A stretch of DNA of 64,000 bases, taken from NCBI GenBank assembly GCA_002189035.1, contig NEEC01000016.1:1302001-1366000 (forward strand), given 5' to 3'. Numbering within the stretch: position 1 is the first letter of the stretch; each line of letters starts with the position of its first letter. Under the pieces are notes generated by a model. It had not been told where the DNA came from. It saw nothing but the letters and a program-made list of their open reading frames with translations, and ran no database searches. The translations under genes were made by a program, and so were the position numbers. Shown here in pieces: positions 50,352 through 64,000 of this stretch. This DNA is from Utricularia gibba (lineage: Eukaryota > Plantae > Magnoliophyta).

Positions 50352-51801
50352 ATGGATAGATTTCATGTTAAATATTTCATCTCAATCGATTGGTTGACAA
50401 TTCCTGCTCCGCAAAACACACCTTTTGACGCCAATCCCCTTCATGAACATCCCAATGCTTGGCTTGTGTCTCATAAAACATTTGATGCTGGTCTTAGGCT
50501 ACCTATTCATCCCTTTGCTCTTAATGTGCTCACCTACTTGAGATTGTCTATTGGGTTTTTAGCACCATCTTCCTATAGTATTATCTTAGTTTTCTTACAC
50601 TTGTGTGAACAAGAATATGTAGAATTTTCCTTATCAAATTTTTTTGCACTATGTCTTCCAAAAAAAGCTCCTACTGGAACATGGTATTTTTAAGGATTAC
50701 CAAATACTAGATTTTATCAAAACCTATCTAGAACTGTGTCACGATGGGATAAACTTCTTTTATGGATTGTACTAACTACATCTTTTGAAATCTCAAAGCA
50801 TTATCCATTGACATATCCTGTGGATGATGTTATAAATTCTTGTATTGAAAAAATCAATGTGAATGAGGAAACTAGAAATGCATTAAAAAGTCATTTGTAA
50901 TCAAAAAAATATATGACTGAAGACATCATCCCAAACTCTGCTCAAATTCGAAGTATGTCTTTTTAATTTACATTTTTTTCCAATATGTTATTTTACTTAT
51001 TTATTTAACACTATGACAGCACTTCGAAACATTCATGGTGTCGTTGAGTGGCGGTCTGAACCAACATCAAGGCGAAATCGTCATCAGCTTGTTGTTTATG
51101 AACAACCAATTCCACTAAACATCGATAGCAATGAACAACAAGTAAATAAAGTAGGAATATTATTTAATTTTATTTATTTTTTTTTCAAATATATAAGGTT
51201 TGCAATATAAAAGAATTTTTGTGTAGTAAAATTCTGAACAACAAAATGGAGATGAGGAAAATGAAGTGCCTATTCATGAGGAGGCTTAAGTGTATATTAA
51301 TGAGGAGCTCTTGGTTGCACACTAACATGACAAAGAACTCATTTTAAACTAATATAAACATATTCAACGGATGGAAAATGAGGTAATAAAAATGAAACTT
51401 ATTTTGCTAATACATGTGATAGTTGTTTTTTTATGTTTTCTAATTTAGTTTTTTTTATTCTTTAGATAATAGATCTCAAGTTTCGATTCAGAAGAACAAA
51501 AACAGAATGGATGATTTGGTAGCACAGCAATCTGTATACAAGGCTGAATTGAAGATGAAAGGCGATGAATTGATTGTTGGACAACAAAAATCTATCATCT
51601 TTCAATTGGAAATAATGAAGCTGAATGAAAAAAATACAGGAGTTAGAGGAAGAATTACAACTTCACAGATTGCAAGCTCAATTGAATGAAAACGATGTTA
51701 TAGCAATGGCTCAGCAAAGAGACATACCTTCTACAAGTGCGGGCACAAGCAAAGATAAAGGAAGAGGTAGAGGCAGACCCAAAGGAAATGGAAGAAAATG
51801 A
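50352..51801 (+). pseudogene. Second Transposase_28-like gene with coiled-coil region and terminal AT-hook-like motif (spliced, decayed)
   Basis: FDAGLRLPIHPFALNVLTYLRLSIGFLAPSSYSIILVFLHLCE..GTWYF*GLP. Later exon fragments are helical (MDDLVAQQSVYKAELKMK..) and the end reads KGRGRGRPKGNGRK*. Confidence 0.6.
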
Positions 51802-52623
51802 AAAGAGTTAGTAACAATGTTGTGTTTTTTTTTAAAAGATTTGTCTTATTTTGTAGTATTATATTTCAATCATGACAATCTAATTATTTTGCAAATGTCG
51901 CTTAATTTTCTAATAACTAATTGACATTTTTTTACGAAAATTATAAAATTAAACATAAAAGCAAACATACAAATTACAAAAGAGATAACAACGATATTTG
52001 TTTTTTCCAGTAAAATTGAATTATTTCGTACTATTATGACTGGTTCCTACCAAAGTACTTATTTAATAGATGCTGTTACTAGAAAATTATTTCGTATCAC
52101 TTTTTTATACGTCCTACGAAATCATCTAATGCGTAGGTATCACTTCAAATTTTTAATAACTGAATCATGTTTTTTTAAAATATTATAAAATTGAACATAA
52201 AAAACAATCATATGAATTAGAAAATGGACGATAACAATATTAATTAATATTTAGTTAAATTAACTTATTTCGTATTATATTATATACTGAACTTATACCA
52301 AATTATTTATTATATATTGAATTTATACCAAATTTATTTATTTCATATTAATATATTAAACTCTCATCAAATTACTTATTTTACAGATGATGTTAATATA
52401 ATATTGTTATATTTCATTTTTATGTGAAACTGTAAGACTAAATTCTTTAAATGTATTCATTTTTTAATAATAAAAAATATTTTCTCAGAAATATTAAAGA
52501 TTTAAACTAAAAATAATTTATTAGAAATATAGTTGAAAAAAATTATTTTTCGTACATATATATTAATTTTATTTAAAATTAAAATCAATTCTTTAAATAT
52601 TTAATATTTATTAAAAATTTCAC

Positions 52624-52880
52624 TTTCAGACACGCATAAGGATTCATATGAGTGCATGGAAAGCACCTACAAACAGTAACCACGGTTCCGGTTACGGTTT
52701 GATTCGTAAATCTCGGTTTCGGGTTTGAATCAAAACCGTACGTACGGTTCCGGTTTCGGTTCGGTTCAAGCCTCCCAGATACGGTTCCGAACCGAAACCG
52801 GAACCGTTGCCCACGGTGAACCACGGTTTTGGAATCGACGGTTCGCTGGAACCGTTCTGTTTCGAACCAAACCCACCTCT
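52624..52880. mobile_element. hAT-type subterminal/terminal region
   Basis: Dense CGGTTC(C/G)/GAACCG repeats (52682-52870) ending CACCTCTA, preceded by one palindromic unit of the 46026-46395 type. Confidence 0.55.
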
Positions 52881-52929
52881 ACCTTTCCGTTGCAGGGATG
52901 AACATGCGAGTATTTCTAATGGAACCTAC

Positions 52930-53152
52930 CTAGATAATCGATTACAGTGCCTCCGTTGCAGAATCGCCCAGAAGGGGCTTCTTCGAAATCAACTCCATAG
53001 GGTTCGTAGTTCGCCTTGGCTAACGAGAACAAGTAGTTGTTATTGCTGGGATCCGTCAAAGAATCGCCGAACGCATACACCACCGTTAGCTTAGCAACCG
53101 CAATCCCACTCTAGAGACTCAAGAGAAAGATGAACGACATAGGTATTGCCAT
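52930..53152 (-). pseudogene. GDSL esterase/lipase exon 1 (orphan, premature stop)
   Basis: MAIPMSFIFLLSL*SGIAVAKLTVVYAFGDSLTDPSNNNYLFSLAKANYEPYGVDFEEAPSGRFCNGGTVIDYL/G followed by a GTAGG donor. TAG stop at 53111-53113. No downstream exons were seen. Confidence 0.9.
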
Positions 53153-53414
53153 TTTGCTTTGTTCAGCAGAGCTGCCTTTAGATTCTCGACGTTTTATGTA
53201 GTAGTTTTGAAGCATGGGCGTTAAGGCGAGTTTTACCGCAGGAATTCATGAAAAAGATGCATGAAACTTGCTTTTTCTTTCGTGCCTTCTTCCTCCAAAA
53301 GAAAAAATGCATTTTTTAGAATATAAAAAATACAAAAATTGAAAAACAACATTTAATTTTTGATGTACAGTTGATAAAAAACAAATCTTGAGGTGGTGTA
53401 TGGTAAGTAATTTA

Positions 53415-54535
53415 GGCAGTGTTTAGTTGGAGGTATAAGGAGATATTAATTAATAGGTATTAGATATTACTGTGTTTGGTTTGCGGTTTTATGTATCCCG
53501 GGCTTATACACGGATTTGATAAACTTTTGTGGGTGAGTTTATATAAAAGTAGCCACCACCCTTACTTTATCTATTCCCATCATGTGATTTTATCAAATTA
53601 ACCTTTTCTTCAACCTACATACATCTTCTTTTTTGTCATTTATTCTTCTGTGTTTTTTTCTACATATGCAATTTGGGAAAAGTCGATTCTAGGGTTTGTA
53701 AAAGGTTCCATTTGAACCAAAGATTTCGAGTGTAATGGTGAGTGACGCCCATAAGAAGATGTTAATACTTCTTGTCACTCGAGCAATTATCCTTCATGTA
53801 GTTATTTTTCGATTCACTTGCTACTTGCATTAGAAACGTTCACGAGTAGTGAAGGATCAAAATTATTCGCTTTTGGGTAGACGTGTGAAACAAGTTAATT
53901 ATCTCTCCAATTTGGGTAGTGATGTTAGGGGGGCAGCGAGTGAGAATTTGCGTCTAAGTCGGTATGTTTTTGGTCGATTATGTGTTTTGTCGCATCATTA
54001 TTCTGGGTTGAAGGAATCTAGATGGATTTTCATTGAAGAAAAGGTAGCACTTTTCCTTGGTGTTTTAGCTCACCACAAAAAGATTAGAACACAAAAGTTT
54101 GATTTTTTGCGTTCTACGGCTACTTGTAGCATTTATTTTAATGAGTATTGAGATGTGTTCTGAAGTTGTATAATCAATTGTTGATTAAACCAAACCTTAG
54201 CAATGGCAACAATGGCTCTCCAAGTTTCAATTATTTCGAGATATGTGCTCTTTTTCATTACATTGTTAATATCAAGTATGTAATACTTTCTGTTTTCTTA
54301 TAATTTAGAATTATCTTGGTGCATTAGACGACACATACATTGATGTTACAGTAAAAACAACTGATAAACCACGATATCGGACACGGAAAGGATCAATTTC
54401 AACCAATGTATTGGGAGTATGTGACTACAATATGTGCTTCATATACTTACTCGCTGGATGGGAAGGCTTGGCAGGAGATGGCCGAGTTTTACGGGATGCT
54501 ATGACTCGTACGAATCCTTTTCGTGTGCCTAGAGG
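53415..54535 (+). mobile_element. PIF/Harbinger element with truncated transposase (third element)
   Basis: TTA then GGCAGTGTTTAG terminus at 53415. Translates as ENLRLSRYVFGRLC..EEKVALFLGVLAHHKKIR and NYLGALDDTYIDV..RYRTRKGSISTNVLGVCD..GWEGLAGDGRVLRDAM. A possible right TIR AAACACTACC at 55144-55153 is tentative. Confidence 0.85.
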
Positions 54536-55544
54536 TTAATTTACTAAAATCTAACATTTTAAATAAGTCTAATACCTTAATATTTTAAAATGTTGTTTGT
54601 ATACTTAAGATTTTAATATCAAATCTAAAAATTCACAATCTATTTATAATATTATTCATTTCGAATATCTAATTTTTATGGTTTTATTTTTTTATTTTTT
54701 GAAATTTTTTTTATGTAAAATTAAGTAAAATTTTTCTAGATAAACTGCTTTTTAATATCATTCATAATCGATGTAAGATTTAACTAAAATAATTAGGTCA
54801 TTCTTTTGCTAAGCCCTTTTAAAATAAAATATATATTATAATATTAAATGTAGAATATATTTGGTAAATGAATTTAAATGTGTAATATTTTCTAATAAAA
54901 ATGTCTTCGAATAGTGTTTTTAAATGATTAATTTTATATTTGTTTTGAAATAAATGAGTAAAAAAGGTAAATTATGAATAAATATACAATTTAATATAAA
55001 ACATATAATTTACTCAATTTTTGAAAAATCCGTATACTTGGTTTTAATTTATCTTAAACCAATTTTGGTTTAATTTAAAACTTTTTTATGAAACACATAT
55101 TTTAAATAAAACACACTTCAAAACCATCATTAAATCATTTATGAAACACTACCTGAAAACTTAAAAGAGAATTGGAAAATATGCATTTAACAAAAAATGA
55201 TGACATGAAATGCAAATGCATATTTGTATTTGAGGTCTCTAAATATACCTGTAATTGAGAATTACATGTTTTTGATAAATGGTTTTCTCAATAAGCACGT
55301 TTTTTTCTAATACATAGAATTTATAAAATACTTATATTTTGGAAATTATTATTTTATATAAGAATTTTCAATCAAATGAGTTTTGTTTCATTTTTATGTC
55401 TTTTAAACATATTTATTAAATATAATATTATTTGAAAAACACATTTGCGGTTAATTTTAATGTGTTTTTATTTAAACATTAATATATGCGGTTAATTAGG
55501 TGGGGTTGAAAAGTCAACGGGTGGACCACCGAAATCGAGATCGT

Positions 55545-55591
55545 CACCTAACCTGTGCTTTGTTTTTTTTTCGAGGGATGCTTCACCTAAC
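55545..55591 (+). promoter_or_regulatory. Two AC elements (CACCTAAC, MYB-binding) upstream of SAHH
   Basis: CACCTAAC at 55545-55552 and 55584-55591, about 250-290 bp upstream of the ATG. Confidence 0.5.
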
Positions 55592-55839
55592 ATCAGCGAT
55601 ATTTGGTATTAAATATGGCCCGTGGGTGAACCGGGTTCAAGGGTATTACAGTACATTTTGGAATTTCCAGGGTGTCAGGAGAACGGCTACAAGGGTAGTT
55701 TGGTATATTCCTGCTACAAGCCCTAGTGTTTGGTGAAACGCCTTCACTCCATAAATATTTCCATTCGGTGGCGCTTGAGGAATTCGTGGTCTACTTCTCC
55801 CCCGATCTGCTGCTAATCTTCTCCGATCTCGCGGATCCA

Positions 55840-57702
<1,863 letters not shown>

Positions 57703-58309
57703 AACCATGATTCTGGTTTCTAAAGAACGCCACTGAGCGCCAGGCTTCTATGTATGTTTCTTCCCTCATGATTTGTGATGGCTAATTCCCAGGTATTGAG
57801 AGATTTTAGTGCACGTGCCAGAGCAAGACTGGAGATCGCATTGCTGTTGGTGTATTTTGTCTTAAATAAGTGTCTGAGACCGTCATCATATCTTCCTGCT
57901 TTTGTGTTGCTGATTCCTTTCTATAGTTGAACAATCCCAGTTTTTATTGCTATGTTTTTTCACTTTCCCTTCACGAGATCCGTTGAAAATCCCTCCACTT
58001 ACAAAGCTTTCCATTTGAGAACTGATTGCTGGAATCAGTTGCACGTGATCAATATGTGTTATAACACCATTTCATATTATAAAATTAGGAAACAATTTTT
58101 TTTTTTTAAAAAAACGTTTTAAAACAGTTTAATATAATATTTCTTTTAAAAAGAATAGTAATTGTAAGAGTAGAGGTCCTGTGATGGGAGTTATTACGTT
58201 TAATGCAACACGAGTGTGTAAAATTATTTGTATTTTAAAAAATTTATATAAATTTAATTTTTATTTTATTAATAACATTTTTATTATACGAAATAATAAA
58301 AAAGAACGC

Positions 58310-58356
58310 GGCCCAAACAAGTATGGGAAGGGCCTTCAGGCCCAGGCCGGCCCATA
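58310..58356. promoter_or_regulatory. Site II (GGCCCA) cluster upstream of HDC1
   Basis: GGCCCA occurs three times within ~50 bp, just before a CT-rich 5' leader with UTR introns. Confidence 0.5.
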
Positions 58357-59112
58357 TGTCTTTCTCTCCCTTCCTCTTCCTCGTCACACGAATCATAGAA
58401 TTCAGGTTTGACTTTTTTTATTTGCGCTTTGTAAATTTTTTCTTCTCTCTGTGGATTCGATTCCGTGGAAGTTGTGTGAAGCCTGGGTCCAGGTGCATGT
58501 TCTATTTTCGCGTTTCATCGTTGTGTGGTATAAGGTTCACATTTCTTAGCCGTATCTTTGTCCGCCCTCATGATCTGGTAAAGCAGCAGCAGCGGCATCT
58601 TGAGTCTCATTTGGAATGTGAATATACAGTTCAACTGCGTCGTGAATCCTGAGCGCACTTTGTATTTGGACTCTTCCTTGGATTTTCTTCACGAGGTGAG
58701 GTTCTTCGAATTTTACCCCCTTTTCATGCCTAATTCCTTAATGCTGAAGCATTGGTTCTGTTCTGAGCTTTTTCGTAGATTCTGGGGTTAATTGAAGACT
58801 TTGGGGCTTGCGTAACACGTTTAATTGCTTTTCTGTTAATTGCTGCCGGTGCATTTTCTGGACGTTAACTTGATTTCCGTGATCCTTTAGATAATTAGTT
58901 TTATTTTGCTTTAATGTTTTCTGCTTCTCTGCTACGAGAAGTTAGCTTGAAGATCTAACGGGGTGTGCCCGTTTTTCTTGCTTGGTTTCTTTGGGTAATC
59001 TTCTGAAGATCTGTTCTTTTATTTTTTCTAGCAATTATTTTCCTTTTCGGTTAATGAAATTGAGGTTGCTACTCTTTTTTTCCTTTTTCAGGGAAAAAGG
59101 TGGCATCGAAGC

Positions 59113-62100
59113 ATGAGCTCTACCACCAACAGGAGGGTTCATGACGATGGTGGTGGTGGAAGCAGTACTGGTGGTGGCAACCAGAATCAACCTTCTCCAG
59201 CTTTGAAGCATCCACACGAGGACAAGAGTGCATTTAGTGCTGGTGGAGGAAAGGCCGTGGCTTCCTCAAGGCATGACTACAATGCTTCTTATGAAATTAG
59301 CCCTGAAATTCGGGCATCAAAGATTTTGCCTCGCAATGATTTGCGTGATTCAGAAAAGAGATCCTTGATTCCTAATTTCCCATACAGAGTCCCTGCAAAT
59401 GATTTAGTTTCAGAGACTCTCGGTGCAGACAGCAGGATGGAGATTAGGGATCTGAATGATGGGATAAAGGGCACTCTGGAGGGTAACGAGGTAAAGTTGG
59501 AATCTAAGGAGGTGATGCAAACAGCAGATTCCAATAAGCATGAGGGGAAAACTGAAGATCATAAAGATGCGAAACATGATATAGGTACCAGTTATCATAA
59601 TGATTACATTCCGAGACCCTGTTCACAAGGCCCTCTGCCTGGTGGGTTGGATACTGTAAGAGACTCTTCACATGCTGAGGGAAAACTACATCATGAAACT
59701 CATGAGGCTCTAGGGGAGAACAAAGATGAAAATAAGGGGGATGAAAAGCTCAAAGACAAAGATAGACGGAGGAAAGAAGTGAAACACTGGGAATGGGGAG
59801 AAAGGGATAAAGAACGAAATGATCATCGAAGCAATTTGCAGCTGCCCAACATAGGCTGTGAGAACAAGGATGTAATAAGAGAAGACAGAGACCCTGAAAG
59901 AGCATTAAGTGAAGAGAAAGAGCAACAAAAGGATAGGGATAAACTTCCTGTAAGGGAAAAGGATCCCCTCAAGAAGGAACCTTGGAGTGTTCAAGACAAA
60001 GAAATTTCTATCAACGATAGAAGGCTTGGTGAGATTACTGGAAAAGGTGCGGATGCAGAAAATTCTGTTCTGGAGTTGAAGAGGAAAGATAGTGAGACAT
60101 GCAAGAACCTTGAGAGAGAACCCGAGAAGAAGAAGAAGGAAAGGGATGCTGATGTTGAACCAGAAAGATGTGAGAAGCGTGTCAGGATTCATGAAAGAGA
60201 GTGTGATGAAAGTGCTGTTGAAGGAGCTGCAGATCGAGAAAGAGATGTTTTCAACTGTGGGGTTGCTCAGAAAAAACGGATGCTGCGGCCAAGAGGCAGC
60301 CCTCAAACTGAGAATCGAGATAGCCGTTTTAGGTCTGCTGCTAATGATATTGTGGGGTAAAAAAAATCCTTATTTCATGTGATGCTTATCATCATATTGT
60401 TCATGTTTAATTTTTCTTGGATGCAGGGCTCAAAATAAGGCTGATGTGTCTTGTGTTTATAAAGTTGGGGAATGTATGCAAGAACTTGTTAAGCTGTGGA
60501 AGGAATATGAATTGTCTCAGATGGAAAAAGCATCTGATGGCCCTCAGAGTGGACCTACCTTAGAAATCCACATACCAGCTGAGCATGTTACTGCTACCAA
60601 TCGCCAAGTAAGAATCACGTCAGAGCTCAACTGCTTTTGGTATTGTGAAGCATTGTGTTGTTATCCGTTGGTAACATTGTACTCTTTCTTTGAAGATTTA
60701 TTCCTCATTTCCTGATTTTTCCATTTTTTTAATTGGTTAGACCTATTTTATGTCCCATGACTCATAATGTTAACGAGGTATCTTTTGGTGCAGGTAAGGG
60801 GTGGTCAGCTGTGGGGAACAGATGTATACACTGTGGACTCGGACTTGGTGGCTGGTATGTAAGGGAAAGATTGATATTATGCTGCTTTTCTGCATTTTAC
60901 ATCCAATCAGTTTTGCTTCATAAATTGATTAAAACGTGTGTTTTTTTCTAGTACTGATGCATATGGGATTCTGTCGTCCTACTGCTTCTCCTCCTCCGTC
61001 TGCTATTCAGGAGTTACGTGCTACAGTCTGGGTGCTTCCTCCACAAGATTGTATGTTTAAAACATCTATTCTCTCAATTAAGTGTAATGATTTAGTATTG
61101 CCCATAAATAAGTTGACTGTTGTATTTGCTCCTTAATATAATCCGTAGTATATTTTTACAATCTTGGAGGTGTTTGAGTTTGCTTTATTTCTTCTCAATA
61201 GCTCATTCTCTATTTCTGCATAAGATCAGTCTATTTTGTTTTAAATTTTTTGTATCTTATTATTGTAGGCTACATTTCTACGCTGAGGAATAATGTTCGC
61301 TCCCGGGCTTGGGGAGCTGCAATTGGTTGCAGTTACCGTGTTGAGAAGTGTTGTATTGTGAAGGTGGGTTTGTGTTGTTTTTAAAATTGTTTTTTTACCA
61401 TCTTCCTCTACCCGCAATGTTCTTTCACTTGGTAGCTACTAGAACAAAAAATGTAGTGTGAGAGTGTACTGTCAACCTGATATTTCTAGTATGCATTCCA
61501 GAAGGGAGGGGGAGTTATTGATCTTGAGCCTTGTCTTTCACATTCATCAACCATGGAACCTACTCTAGCTCCGGTTGCTGTTGAAAGGACAATGACTACT
61601 CGAGCTGCAGCTTCGGTAATCTGTTTGATGCTGATTTCAATAGCTAAGTTTTTATTTCATAATGTTATGGAAAATAGAGATTGTTCATCTGATATTTGTT
61701 GCCCAACCTCCTCAGAATGCATTGCGCCAGCAAAGGTTTGTTCGTGAAGTAACTATCCAGTTCAACCTCTGTATGGAACCATGGTACTCATATATCCTGT
61801 TCTTGCCGATTTCCCCCAGTTGTTTCACTTGCTAGATTCTACTATCATTCTACCGGAATCTGTGTTTCTCTTCTCAGGCTTAAGTACAGCATAAGTGTCG
61901 TTGCTGACAAAGGTCTGAAGAGGTCATTTTTTACCTCAGCACGCTTAAAGAAAGGAGAAGTTCTATATGTAGAGACTCACTCCAGAAGGTAACTTTTTCT
62001 TTGTTAGCATGTTTTGTTGCGCCAATGCCTGAAGGCTCTTTTATCATTGCATTTCTGCGTGTCATCATTAGGTACGAGCTGTGTTTTAATGGAGAGAAAG

Positions 62101-62495
62101 TAACCAAAACCTCAGCGGCAAATCCTGCAGAAACTGGAAAAACCCAACATCATGGTCCGCATCATTACAATGGTGAAAAAAATGCAGCGGATGGGGACAG
62201 TACCGTGGTGGATTTATTCCGTTGGTCGCGGTGCAAAAGACCACTTCCTCAAAAATTCATGCTGAGTATTGGAATCCCTTTGCCTCCTGAACATGTTGAG
62301 GTACCAATGTCTAAATGATGCTAACATTCTATATATTTCCATTGTTGAGTAGTTAAAAAGATAGCTTCTCACGTTGTGCTTCAGATTTTGGAGGAAAACT
62401 TGGAATGGGAAGATATATCATGGTCGCAGACTGGGGTTTGGATTGCTGGTAAAGAATATCAGCTTGCTCGTGCTCACTTTCTTGCACCAAACTAG
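59113..62495 (+). CDS. HDC1: HISTONE DEACETYLASE COMPLEX 1 / Rxt3-domain protein
   Basis: Charged D/E/K/R-rich N-half, then VYKVGECMQELVKLWKEY, LEIHIPAEHVTATNRQ/VRGGQLWGTDVYT, STLRNNVRSRAWGA, QFNLCMEPWLKYS, VDLFRWSRCKRPLPQK and LEWEDISWSQTGVWIAGKEY. Ten coding exons join in frame. Confidence 0.92.
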
Positions 62496-62948
62496 AACAC
62501 TTGGGTGGCTGATAAGTTATATCAAAGAGTTCATTTCGTTGCCTGTAGGAGAAAGGTAAAAATGATGTAAACTAGTTACATTGTATGCAAATTGAGTTTC
62601 GTTGAAGGAACAGTGTTTGTTCATCAGCTTCTATTTTCCAAAAGCTTCAGTGAAAGCTGCCTTCATAGTGAATCGAGTCGATAGTTGGCTGAAAGCCAAG
62701 GACCAAAGCTTATTTCTGTGAAGGAATATGGTATACTGTAGAAGTTCTGCAAGAATGGTTATCTAGCACTGTATTCATGAATGCATACATGGTTTGTGTA
62801 TGATTATATCACTCATTTAGGGAAGACGAGAGAAACTGCATTATTTCAACAGAATCAAAATCTAGTCAAGTGGTTGCAGTCTTCATACATGAGGAAAAGA
62901 GAGCAGGAACCATACAAAACAGGTGTATTGATTGAGGGATCAGCCTCT

Positions 62949-64000
62949 TCATAGCTCATCCTTGACGGAGGCCGACTCCACTTTTTCGGCTACTTCGGGC
63001 TCCGAGGAGGCTTCTTCTTCCGCAGCTGGCTTATCCCGATTGTCTTCTATGAACTTGATGATGTCCTCTTTCGTTCTATGTCCACTGTACACAGACAGGT
63101 TGCCGCTAGACGATCTGAAGTACACTGTGGGGTATCCTTGGACGTCGAAGGTGGAGCGAGGGACATCGTTGGTGGTTGCATCCTGAGGAAAATGAAAACC
63201 AGGAGATGAACTGAGTGCCACAGGTATAGCAGAATGGAAATCAAGATGGTGATGATGAAAGCTTACAAATTTGGCGATTATGACATCTTGATCCTTTTCA
63301 AAGGCGATGGCTACTTCTTCCAAGATTGGAGCCAGCTTCTTGCAGTGTCCACACCATGGAGCATAGAACTCTATCAGGACTGTTGTCAAAACCGAACCTT
63401 ACTCTTGTGAGATCCCAGACATGGAATACAGAGATCAAAGATGGATGCAATGCACCAACCGTTCTTCCCAGAGTTGAAGACGATATCGTCGAGGCTGTCG
63501 CGAACCACCACCTTCACAGGTTCATCATTCACTTCAGGAATGGGATCCGATTTTATGAACGGCTTCAGCAGTCCATTCTGTGAACACCATTTCAAGGTAA
63601 AGAACTAGAACATGAGTAGAAGCTGCTCAGATGAGGGATTACCTCATACTCCTTCAACCATGGAGCAATTTGGGCTACCTCAATGCCTTCCTTCACATAT
63701 TTCTCACCATCAGCTTTCATTACAACGAGCACTGGGACATTCTCTGCCTTGAGCCCGAAGTACTGCAATCCGGGGAATAAGGAAGCTTCAGGTTCTATTC
63801 ATATTATCCAGTCAGACAGAGAAACGAGCGGTGAGAAGCTTAACCTGGAAAGCATTTCTGGCAGCATCAGTATCACCCAACAGAAAAGTTAAGCCCTTTC
63901 CTTTATGAAGAGTAGCCACTTCCTTATATTTGGATTGGAAAGTATCCTGGTCTTTGGTGAAGTTGATGAACAACATGGCCTGAAAACATAGGACTCTGAT
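62949..64000 (-). CDS. PDIL1: Protein disulfide isomerase (PDIL1 type), 3' portion; gene continues beyond the window
   Basis: [15 protein letters not shown] a' domain, [36 protein letters not shown] and C-terminal KDEL. Short GT-AG introns. Confidence 0.93.

Noticed and set aside
63841-63960. Suspected frameshifts in the PDI exon and at the C3H44 exon-8 acceptor (12831)
   Set aside because: On recount both read in frame ([21 protein letters not shown]; CAG/GGG ATG GAT).

Overview
Plant (eudicot) nuclear genomic DNA, with intron-containing genes separated by AT-rich, transposon-littered intergenic space. Nine host genes are supported: a PHD-SWIB-Plus3-GYF-CCCH protein (C3H44/NERD-like, +), an MCRS1-like FHA protein (-), a SHI/STY (SRS) transcription factor (+), a lipid phosphate phosphatase epsilon (+), an uncharacterised C-terminally anchored coiled-coil protein (-), a mitochondrial gamma carbonic anhydrase (-), S-adenosylhomocysteine hydrolase (+), HDC1/Rxt3-like (+) and the 3' part of a protein disulfide isomerase (-). 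Transposon debris includes three degenerate PIF/Harbinger elements, a hAT transposase, copia and gypsy remnants, a solo LTR with an intact target-site duplication and a long foldback element. Other items are a plastid ycf2 insertion, an orphan GDSL lipase exon and a U12-type AT-AC intron. The most unusual region is ~44.4-52.9 kb. There, an array of palindromic units and a dispersed short motif surround two decayed intron-containing genes that share a Transposase_28-like N-terminal domain, one apparently fused to an FCP1/NIF-type HAD phosphatase domain. Three single-base frameshifts at homopolymers in otherwise intact conserved genes suggest consensus errors in the assembly. All domain calls are by manual translation and recall, not database search.
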